A DNA stretch of 63,601 bases, filler included, from Pelomyxa schiedti (lineage: Eukaryota > Protista > Evosea), in the NCBI GenBank assembly GCA_020536535.1. It is 11 parts of 11 records of this genome, joined end to end, with 100 filler letters (N's around TTAATTAATTAA, not from the genome) between each part and the next. Parts side by side here need not be neighbours in the genome. Positions count along the whole stretch, not along the records: positions 37,946 to 59,804 come from JAHLWZ010000045.1; 10 more parts are not named here. The stretch is one strand, 5' to 3'. The notes under the pieces are model-generated. The model was given only the letters and a program-made list of their open reading frames with translations, searched no databases and had not been told where the DNA came from. A program made the position numbers and the translations under genes. Each line of letters starts with the position of its first letter. The first letter of the stretch is position 1. Below, piece by piece: positions 41,001 through 51,649 of this stretch.

Positions 41001-41189
41001 TCTTTCTTCCTTTCCTCTTTCCAATGTGCATCAGATGTACTGCATCCTTTTGTCATCACCCTGGTATGAGGTACTGGTATGACAGGCCAAATTCCTCTCA
41101 CCCACACTCACAATCCTCGCCCTCTGTACTGCTGAAGTTTGATTTCCCAGAATGCCTCTGCACAACACAACGAAACATTTCCCTGTGTG

Positions 41190-43389
41190 ATGATGTCTGC
41201 AACAAAAACAACAGACGACGGGTACCACACTCGAGTTGCGACGATGTCACGGATCGTGTGGGAGTCCGTTCTGCCGTGGCTCGTCCCTCGTCGTCTTATC
41301 GACGGCGTACCGGCGCAAAGCGCACTGGTTGCTGAAAAACCGAAACACTCCGTGACGATGTGTGCTGTTGGAGAAGCCGTGTTCCCACTCGTGGGACGTG
41401 TGTGCAGGTCACTGCTGAGCCACCACGAGAAGTATTACACAGTCATGGAGGCCGCTGCCGAGGCCGGTGCAACGTCGTGCGTCGATTGGTTGATCGGTGA
41501 CAGGAAGAGGAATGCAACGCAAGGAAACCGTGTCACAGATACAATGGCCTCGTCGTCGGCTGCTGGTGGTGGTGGTGATGATGATTGGGATGAGGAGAGA
41601 TGTGTCAGGAGGGGGAACAAGGAGTTCATTCACGTGCTCGGGGGGTTGTGCTGCGGTGGTCACTTGGGGATGGCAATGAGGCTGGTCGATGGTCGCTGGC
41701 CTGGGATCACCTGGCAGGCTGATCTCAGTGGTGGTGCTTTGATAGCGTTTTATGCTGAGCTCTCCAACCATGTTAGTGAATCTGCCATTCTGCAGAGAGT
41801 GTGCGAGAATGGGCACTTAGATGTGGCAAAGTGGATGGTTGGGAAGTTCGACATCAGGGAGCCCTGGGAGTTTGCAGGTCCACTTGTTGGTGCCGTGTTA
41901 AATGGTCACTTGCCAGTGGCTCAATGGATTGTCAGCACATTCAATGTGGTTCCTTATAAATATAACGAGTGGTTGGACATTCATGCAAGTGCCTGCAAGA
42001 GTGAGAACCTTGCAGTTGTGAAGTGGTGCTTTGACACGTTTCCAGTGACACCCAATATTAATGGACGCAGTATACTCGCTGCCTGTGCAAGTGCCAAAAC
42101 AAGCAGTGGCGTTGCTGTGTGCAAGTATGTTTTGGAGCGTCCTGGAGTTTCAAGTTATGTGTGTGTAGCCAGTAATTTTCGCAGGGTGGATGTCCTGAAG
42201 AAAGTAACAACGGCATCACGATTCATCATTCCGGAAAACAGTCTTTGCAATTACTGCAAAGGGAAAGGAGGGCTTGAGTTGGTGAAGCATGCTGTTGAGG
42301 AGTATTCACTAATTCCAACAGTGAAGGAGTTTCATGCAGCCTGCAAAAACAAGAAGGATGATGTGGAAGTTGTGAAGTGGCTTTCAACGAAGGTGACACT
42401 TTCACCTGAAGATCTTTGTGGCTCTCTGGTTGTGGCATTGGCCAAAAGCAACACATTGATTGCATCGTGGTTGGATGAAAGTTTCAGCATCCTGAAGCAA
42501 CTCACGAGTTGGAACCTGGCACCAGGAGAATTTTTTCTGAGGGTTTGCAAAGGAATACATCCACAGAAGGGAAGGTGTGCAGGAGTGGAGTGGCTTTTGA
42601 GTCACGCTGAAATGAGAGATGTGGGGGAGGAGTTTGTTGTGAAGGCAGTTGATCATCTCTTGTTGGCAGGAGGGAGTTTGCCAACAGTCCCCTTGTTCCT
42701 CATTGAGAAGTTCTCTGTCACTGAACCACGCAGGACAGAACTTCTGGATCGTTTGTTGAAGGCAAGTATCCAAATGGGCAGTCTTTCACTGGTAAAGAAG
42801 GTTGTTTCCATGGGAGTGTTCACCAAAGAGTCTGTTGCCAAGTTTCTTGCAAATGCTCTCTGCATACTGTCAAGCAAAGCAGTCAAGTGGTTGATTACAC
42901 ACTTTGAAATCGAAAATGAGAACAACACATTGTACAAGAACATGATCAACCTTCTCTCAGTCGGAAAAGAAAATTGTGCTGAGTGGCTGATAACAAGGTT
43001 TCACATCACTTTGGATGAGGTAAACACAACGAACTGAACCCTCTTTGCAACCAAATTTTTTTCTCACACAATTGCCTCAGATGTTGGGAATCTGGTTTCA
43101 CCCAATGCATGACAAGTTTGACCTGTTTGCATGGAAAATGATTTGCACGAAGTTCCCAGACCTCACATCCACAATGAGCAAGAATCAGCAGCTCTTTTTT
43201 GCTGTGCAGTCGCCAGTCATTGCCAACTTCACGATGAGCATCTTTCCTGATCTGTCCATGCATGACATTGTGATCTTCTGCTCTGAACAGCAGGCCTCCA
43301 AGTTCTCCCTTGCCACTCGTTGTTGGTTGAGGTACAACAGTCCTCGAATCTGGGAGAAGAGGCTCGAGACTGTTGATTTCTTCTTTTAA
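41190..43389 (+). CDS. Orphan family 1 helical-repeat protein, tandem copy 2 (one intron)
   Basis: 632-aa ORF plus second exon; same intron position as copy 1. Confidence 0.88.
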
Positions 43390-43501
43390 TATTGCCAAGG
43401 CACCTTGAGGTGCTGAGAAAATGTACCCAAAAATAAATGCAATAAGCAACAAAACGAGTTTAGAGGTTTTTCTGGGCATAAACAACAGGCACCCACAGAG
43501 T

Positions 43502-46500
43502 TTAGAGTATAGTAAGGTGCTGCACAGAAGGTGTTGTGAACGTGAACACAGTCTTCTGATCACCGACGCATATCACAGCCATCCCATTGCCCCCACTCGA
43601 GCACCCCTTCTCCAGTGCCCCCATGCCTCCCTGCAGAGCCACCCCCACCCCTGGGCTATAGTCCGGGTCCTCGCTCCTAGGCGGGTGCTTGGCCGCCGGC
43701 CCCGCGTCCGGCCCAGCCAGTGTGTCCCCGCTCACGAACCAGGTGTGCCCGCTGTTCACGTAGCCGCTCCCGCCTCCCCCCGCCCCGCACCTCCCTCCGC
43801 CGCCTCCCCCGCCGTACCACCCGCCCCCGCCCCCGCCGCTCCCCACGTTGTCGCAGCTCCCGCAGCCCACGCCGCCGCAGAACTTCCTCCCGGGCTCCCC
43901 TCCCTTCTTCCCGCCCGCGCCGCCGCCCGACTGGGTGCCCCCGAGGCCGGGGAACCCCAGGGAGCGGTTGGGCTGGTGGTAGCTGGTCAGCGCGGGCTTG
44001 CCCAGCGCCCCGCCGCCGGACCCCCCGGCCACCCGCTCGCCGTAGGACGAGCCGCAGCTGCCCCCGCCGCCCGCCGCGGCCAGCACCACCCCGGTCTCCA
44101 GGGCCTCGCCGATGAACACGAAGGTGCCGCCCCCGCCGCTGTTGCCGTTGCAGTCCCAGTTGATCCCGCCGGCTCCGCCTCCGCCGAACGTGGTGGCTGT
44201 GCCGCCCTTGTATCCGCCGTCGCCTCCTTGGCCTATGATTATGTTGAGGGTGACTGTCTGGGGTATGTTGAATATGGCCTCGGTAAAGCCTCCTGACCCT
44301 CCTGATATGTTTTTGTTGTTGCCGGAGGCACCGCCGGCTCCCCATAGCTTCATATGAACTAGGAAGAAAGAGTAAGTTAATGTTGCAGGAGAATAGTACG
44401 CTATATTTAACTCCAAGTCATATTGAGATGGTTATAGTCTTCCGTAATTAATTGAAAAGGGGTACTACCTTGGGGTAGCGGAGTTGTTTGAGCAGAAATT
44501 TGGCATGGCATAGATATCCCATGAGCCCCATAAGAAAATATTCTGATATTATAAGATGTAACTGCAGTCAAGCCTCCCACAACACATGATGTCCCGGCAC
44601 CCCGGTAAACCTCTTTCCAGTCTATTCGAATTGTGAGATAGTGCCAAAAAAGGAAAAGTACCTGTTCCTGTTGCCTCCGAAATTTCGATAAAGAATCCTT
44701 CTCTATTAACATCCCTCTCAGCTTCCCACTGTAAGGTCATGGAATTGTACAATATCTTATCGGCCTCCAGTTTATTTGGTGGATTTGGGTCTGCAAACAG
44801 TTAATAGGCCATTTATAAGAGCTTAAGTTACTTAATGTGGCAGAAACCAGTATTTTTTTCACAGGATTGAGAAGTACAGTTCCATAAAAAAAATGGAGTT
44901 CATACACCAACTGTCTGGGAGGAGTAAAGGTAACAACCCATCCGCATGGTTCTTCCTCACTGTGCTCTACTGTTGTAGTTGGAGGCTCACCTTGGATCGA
45001 TTCTGGTTGAGTTTGAATAGTTTTTACTTTCAGGGTAACTGCGTAAGGAAGGGCTGCCAATGCAGAGCGGATAGTTCGCACAACAAATTGTATTGGTGTA
45101 TTTGCTTGGCACTCAATTGGTTTATCTAAGTGTACACTATTCCGGAGCGCAATAGTTCTTTCCAAGTATATGTCAAATAGGTCTGCCGTAACTAGGAAAA
45201 AGTGAGGAAATCAGAGAAGCAAGAAAAGTAATGGTTAACGTACTGTGAACTATGTTCCCAATTCCATCTACCATAGGTTGCAGTTGAGCTAACCCAGAGG
45301 AGGAAAATACAAGGACCCCTCCCATGCACGCTGTAGGAGAAAGAGCATTTCCAAGAGATACTGCGTGTGCGTACTTCTTGGCTGCTTGACTTCTCGTCAG
45401 GCTCCAGAGAAGGGGCACAGATTCGCCACACAGAAGTTCGACACGTTTCCTCTCAGCGGAAATGCATTCACTATGAGCACTCAGTAATTCGCGCTGCTTC
45501 CTCAGGTTTCTGGCTGCAAATGGTTACAAAACATGAGCCAGAAGTCGGAGAATGACCTATTTCATCGTGCCGAAGAGTAACCTCTTCAGCAAGTGCTTCT
45601 CCCTTTTTAGTAATCTCTGCTTTGAGAAATTCAACAGTTCTTTGAATTTCTTCTAGAGCTGTAGTAGTACTCTGTGTACAGCGGTAAGATGAAAAGAGGA
45701 GTGTAAGAAATTACCGAATTCAATAGTTCTTCCTCACAGGAGAGGCACTGCTGAATGTCTCTGACCTGTGTCCCACACAGGGAGAGGGAAGATGCCATTG
45801 CAGATAACTCTGATTTGGATTTTTCCAAAGCCTCTTTGAGCGGAATACATTCATGAGGCACTCTTGTCTGCGGATGCCTGTGCTTACCTGTTTTAGAGGA
45901 TGAGCGATATAAGGAGAAAAGATGCATACCAATCAGGAGACAACTGCAGCACACAGGCACTTGGCAGCCGCTCTCAATACAAAACATCTTGAGTGGGTCA
46001 CCATGCTCAGGGCACTCTTCTGAAGGAGATGATACAAGGAACCCGGGTCTGCCAACAGCAGAGGTTCCCGAGTCTTTGGCTGAAGTTGGAGGAACGGGGA
46101 CCCACACTGGTTTGCATCCATGCAGGCTGTGCATGCGAGTTACTAAGGGCTTGCACTCTTCACACGACGTGACAGGACACGCACTGGTACACTTGCACTT
46201 CACAGTAGCGGGGTGAACTTCACAACCACTGCATACAATAGGCTCAGCAGTAGCAGACTAGAGAGTAGGTTAGAAAGAATTGCTTTTTAGTAGACGTAGA
46301 TGTACCCTGGAGTTTGACTTCACAGTTCTCTGAGAAAATTCAAATTAGTAAAACCAAATGGTTTTGTGTTTTTGTTTTCCAAAGTAGTGGAAAAAAAAAG
46401 TCATTGGAACAACAATTCAAATAACACTAATACGAGAGCCACATAGTAACAAGGAACAAGGCCAACCTGGAGAGCATCAATACCCGAGTCCCTTACAATG

Positions 46501-47132
46501 ATTGTCCTGGCACCACACACAGGGCACACAATCCCCACCGCCCCCTCGGGCACAGCCCCAACTGTCATCCCTGCCGTCTGCTCCAAGTACCCGCTCGTCC
46601 CGCTCCCGCTCCCGCTCCCTCCCCCGCCCCCAGTCCCGCTGCCACCCCCACCGCCACCCCCTGCCGACGACGACCAAGTAGACCCACTGGACGCAGGGGA
46701 GGCCGCCGTGGACGACGAGGAGGCAGATGTGGAGGTGGAGGTGGACAGGAGCGAGGGGGTGGTGCTGCGGGTCAGCAGGCACGCGCTCGCGCTGCGGGTG
46801 GTGTGCGACAGCGCAACCGCCGCGGTCTCGCTGCTTCGCTTGGAGTGGCCGCCCCCCCCGTGGCGGCGGGACGACGAAGAGCGCGAGGACGAATGGCCCC
46901 CGCCGCCGCCGCCGCCGCCGGAGCCCATGAAGCAGCACGAGGGGGCGTCGATGGCGGCGCAGGCGCAGTCGAACGCGCGGGAGGCGCAGGGGCAGCACAT
47001 CGCGTGGGCGCAGTCCAGCACCACCACAGATTCGCCGACGACGCACAGGCAGTCCGCGCACTCGACCACTGCCTCGGCGCCCCCGGGGGAGTCGGCCGCG
47101 CCGCGTTCGCGTCCCCCGCCACCCGATGTCAT
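43502..47132 (-). CDS. TRIM-like protein: RING (split by a Ser/Gly insert) - B-box1 - B-box2 - coiled coil - Ig/filamin-like - FN3 - ALK/LTK-type glycine-rich domain
   Basis: CADC...CAHAMCCPC...CPVC; CSGC...C.C...CEEC...H; CPEH...FC..C.VPVCCSC..H. FN3 TLQW...VYRG...GL..TSYNIRI. KLWGAGG...GGSGG...IIIGQGG...GGGGT...AAGGGG...GGGGGWYGG...GGGGSGY...GGNG. Not every junction was verified. Confidence 0.8.
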
Positions 47133-47192
47133 TTTCGGTGAGTTCGTTTGTTTTTTCGCCTTTCGCGAACGACGGTTCGTTGATGGTTGGTG

Positions 47193-47856
47193 ATGATGAG
47201 GCGACGTGAGGGTATGAGGTGTTTCAGGGTTGTTGTTGATGGGTGTGAGGGCGTGGGTAAATCATCTATTGTCCTGCAGTGGATATCCTCTGTGTTTGTT
47301 GAACGGTGGGACCCGACTATGGAGGACTCTTACGTGCGTTCTGTTTGTTGGTTTTTTGTGTCTGCCACAGAATTAATGTTGTGTTTCACAGAGGAAGCAA
47401 TTTGATGTCGATGGGGTTGAATGCCTGTTGGATGTGCTTGATTCTGTAGTTGTGGGACAAGACCAACCAGAGCGGCAATTAATGAGAGAGCAGTACCTCA
47501 AACTGAGTGATGGCTTCGTTATAGTATACAGTGTGACCTCAATGGCAACGTTCAGTGCCCTCTCTGGTATCCACAGGGAAATCATAACGGTGAAAGGGAA
47601 CGGCAGTTGCAACTCTGTTGCATCAGTTCCAATTGCTCTCGTTGGGACCAAATGCGACCTCACACAGGACAGGGCTGTTACCACAGAGGCCGGCCAGGAA
47701 CTGGCCACACAATGGGGTTGTGGAACAACTGTGTTTGTTGAATCAAGTGCCAGGACAAGGCTGAACATTGACAAGATCTTCGTCGAGTTAGTGAGACTGA
47801 TGAGGCTGCTTGACCCTCAACCCAAAGCACATAATGACCCATGCCTGATTTGTTAG
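47193..47856 (+). CDS. Ras/Rap-family small GTPase with CaaX, atypical G1/G3
   Basis: GCEGVGKS, WDPTMEDSY|RKQ, LDVLDSVVVGQ, MREQY...GFVIVYSVT, LVGTKCDL, ESSAR, CLIC*. Confidence 0.9.
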
Positions 47857-48254
47857 AAACACTGTAACAACCTTGGCTATGAGGAGCAACTCAACGCCAT
47901 CAGGAGTACCCCCACACAAGAGTAATTACTGGAAACCAGACCTCCTCCGATAAGGAAAGTTGTTCCTTGTGCTGGTCACACTTGTCCGTTCGGAATTAGC
48001 TGGACGAACCTTTTCCAAAAGTACATTTAACCTCTTTCTTCTCTGCTGTTGAGGAAGCCTCTTGGCGGGACTTTCCCAATCAAGATGAGATTCAGCGGGG
48101 GTCGGCGTAAAACCGCTTCCAACCCCGGAAAATTCGTTGTGCTGCCCCTTTTCTTCGTTCCGCTCAATCCTGTGGTGTTATTGCCCTAAAGGGAACACCA
48201 AAACAACATAAACCAAACCGACAAACCACAACAACCCTGAACAAAACAACAACA

Positions 48255-51200
48255 ATGCCACACAGCTTCACAGGCTCACATAAAGTTGGCGACACCAACC
48301 AACCGCTACCAACTCCCAACACCAATGCATCAGCAAACAACACAGCAAGATCTCCTGCACTGACTGCCACAAGTAACGAGAACGACATCCTCGATGTGAT
48401 TGGAGTGCCGGTTGATGACACGGCGAAAACACACAGGGGGTCGTTTCCGCTAAAGGCCGTAGTACCGTTGTCATCCGTTGCGATCGTTCTATGTGTCATT
48501 GTTGTATGCTTGGTCCCAATGACACTGCAGTGGAATGAGTCTCTCAAGACAGTCTCCCATACTGCCAAGTCAAATTTACTCGACGTGTGTATCAAATTGC
48601 CAATAATGGGGGAGTTCTTTAACCTTTACAAAGGCTTTGGAATTGTACAGGAGGGCACTTGTCATTCAAGCAGTGGCAAATATAACTTCTGTTATACAAC
48701 AGGCTCCTAAATTGGAAGAATTGATTGAGGGAGCAATTCCGCTGGCGGCTTACACATCTAATGTTACATTGACTGATGACTCGTCAAAGTTCAGGCAAAT
48801 ACTGAAGCCTATAAAACTTGGGTGGAGGGACTTTGGAAATACAGTGAGTTTACTTTGTTCCGCACACAACCTGACGCGAAACAGATTGTTGCTTTCCAAA
48901 ATTCACATGGCGACCATTCTTACAATGAACGCTATCCAGGTTAGCGAGGTTGAGTTCATTAGTTCGGTATCCTAACTCTTTTCCATAGATGGCTACTATG
49001 TGATTTTTGATAGTATAGTCGGTTCGGACATGACATCCTATAAATATGTTAATGGTTCCGCTACACACATCGTAAATGGGAAAAAAGCTAATTACACTTT
49101 CACAGTACAGAGCTGGTGGTATGTTGCCCATTTCCTAGAAAAACCTAAGAAATCCTTAAGGAAAGAGGGGCTGACAGCAGTAGATGGTATCTGGACGAAC
49201 GTCTACAAAGACTTCTCAAATAAATACACCATGGGTTACACCAAGAGGATCACGGCTGCCCCGGTCCCAGCTGTTGTTCAAATTACAATGACACTAGTAG
49301 CCATTGGAAAGTACTTCAAAACAATGAACCTAACTGAAACAGGAAGTGCCTATCTCGCCGATTCCACACTGCAGGTACAGCACTCACCTCCATTTAGCTT
49401 CCTCACCTCTTGTCACAGTTGACAGCAGCAACACCAGGACTGAATATATCCTATCTAAATGGCACCATTATGAAATCCCCAGAGAGCGAAGAAGAAGAAA
49501 TTGGGCTGACAACACGCACCTGGATCAATTACACAAAAGGAATCCTCCAAGAGGCCCACTTCGTCGTAACTTTGTCCGACAAAGGCCCGTGCTACGCCGA
49601 CGTAGTTCCCATAACTGCTGATGGTGGCCTCCTCCTTTGGTTGACACTCGTCACCCCAGAAAGCGTACCACTCCCGAAAACCTCTTCGTACCGGTTGATT
49701 TCTGATGGGTTTTTAGGACTTCCTCTCCAGCATCACAGAGCAGCAGGACAAGGCTGAGACAAATGCCCATAAGTCATTGTGGGCGGTGCTGGGCGTAGAA
49801 CTATTGATTGCGGTATGTGCCATAGTTCTTAGCATTTCGTTGGCCGTGGTTTTGGCCTCAGCCCTCAAGACTGTCACCACAAAATTGCATCATGTATCTA
49901 CTGGAAAATTCTCCAGGTGCAACTTATCCTTTTTTTTTAAAATGCCTCTGAAACGGTGGAAACAGAACTGAGAGCTTAACTGTTTTGAAAACCAGCGCCA
50001 TTAGAGAAATAGACATGGTGCAATTACAGTCCCAACACTTTTTGTTTTAACCTGGCACAAAGTTAAATACCGAAGTCTGCAGTATGCAGAGTACGCTGGA
50101 ATCATTCAGTCAGTGAGTCTCCCTTTTTTTCACTTGCTTCCTTCTTAAGTCTCTCCAGATATGTTCCAACCCAAGTCGTAAGGCAAGAATTCGCCGGTCA
50201 AGTCAACTATTTCCTCCTAACTCATGCCATAGACACTTGTGCAAATACAAATTGCGCCCAGTTGTAGGGTTCCGCTCAATGAAATGTGTTGTCATGTTCC
50301 TGGACATTGTTGATTTTGTATGACCACATAAGTCTTTGCTCTTTTTATTCACACAAATCCTAGACAAAAAGCATGGATGCGTATGGTGCTCAAACCATCA
50401 TAGAAGTGCTTTCAGTGATGTTTGAAGCATTCTCGACCATTATTACGAGAAATTCTGGTACAATTGATAAGGTTTGTCCATTGCCTCTAGTGTTACACTA
50501 AAATCTTGTGTTCAGTACATCGGCGATGCTATTATGGCCCTGTGGGGTTGTCCAGAAGCTCTAAATGATCCAGAATTGCGTGCATGTGTTGCAGTGGACG
50601 AAATCCTTGCAGAACTCGCAACATTAAATGAAATATTCCTTCAGAAGTTTCGCTTCACAATGCACATTCGTATTGGGGTAAGAGTTGCTCAGATCTATCG
50701 GTACATCTGCTAACACCAGACAGCTGCACTATGGAGAAGTAAGGGCCGGCAATGTCGGGTAGGATATACTCTCTCCGTCCTTCATTCTTCTAAGATAAGT
50801 CCAGATCAAGTCAGAGATTGAATTATACTGTACTTGGTTCGTCTGACATAAAAACAAGCCCATCCATTAACAATGAATTAACAACGACCAGGAAGCACCG
50901 TAAACCTTGCTGCGAGATTGGAGCCGTTGAATAAAGAGCTGGGAACGGCTGTTCTTGTAACAGATAGTATCCGGAAACCTTGCTGTAAATCATTTTCTTT
51001 CCGGGCCCTAGGCAAAATCTTTGTATTTATCCCATCCTCGGCACAACAAATAACACATACACAGGTTCGCGGTTTCCAAGACCCCATCCTGGTGCATGAA
51101 TTCCTCGGGTCCACACGCAAGTGAGCAAGCATCATTCCGGTTCTTCTCCATTTCATTAACACACACCAGACTTGACAATAAGGCCCAGCTGATGTTACAG

Positions 51201-51386
51201 CACTATGCAGCCGTTGATGAAGCCCTTTGCAACCATGACGATGAAGTGCCTCTTCAGGCCTTGCTGGATGCATTCATTGCCAAGTTCCCGCTGGATAAGC
51301 CCGCTGCCCACGCGTCCCAGCTTCTTCATCAGTCCAAGGAAAATAATGCCGGCATCACAAACACAACCAGTACTACATCATTCTGA
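48255..51386 (+). CDS. Receptor-type class III nucleotidyl (adenylate) cyclase: TM - Cache-like sensor - TM - HAMP - cyclase - helical tail
   Basis: Two TM segments, WT.VY (Cache-like), FS.YVP, MFLDIVDFT, IDKYIGDAIMALWG, RIG.HYGEVRAGNVG...RLNYTVLGSTVNLAARLEPLNK. Confidence 0.9.
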
Positions 51387-51480
51387 GCTTTGTACCAAAT
51401 TTCATCCTTGTAAAAATGGTGTGATTTATAAATAAATGAAGGTGCTTATTTGCGTACAAACGGGGGAAGGAATCGTGAAA

Positions 51481-51552
51481 TCCGATGTGGTGTAGTTGGC
51501 AACATCTCTGACTTTCACTCAGTGGCCCCGGGTTCGATTCCCGGCATCGGAA
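51481..51552 (+). tRNA. trnE: tRNA-Glu (anticodon TTC)
   Basis: Acceptor stem TCCGATG/CATCGGA, D arm GTGT..ACAT, anticodon loop CTTTCAC, T arm CCGGG-TTCGATT-CCCGG. A poly-T Pol III terminator follows. Confidence 0.96.
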
Positions 51553-51649
51553 CTTTTTTTTTTCACTACGTGACTTTGTTTTGTCGTTTTAAAAATGCCT
51601 TCTGTGTGGGCAGGGGGAAACAATCCAGTAGGGGAGTAGTTCCACTGTT

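Noticed and set aside
43421-47193. Long overlapping antisense/alternate-frame ORFs (also at 31907-32680 and 58302-58757)
   Set aside because: Shadow ORFs caused by GC-rich, low-complexity coding sequence on the real strand.
47880-48160. Intergenic stretch as snRNA/SRP/RNase P-MRP gene
   Set aside because: No diagnostic conserved boxes or convincing fold seen by eye; an Infernal search would be needed.
51481-51552. tRNA read as a TCA suppressor/Sec tRNA
   Set aside because: The 7-nt loop CTTTCAC centres TTC, the variable arm is short and the body is Glu-like. The T:T pair at the top of the anticodon stem is a minor deviation.
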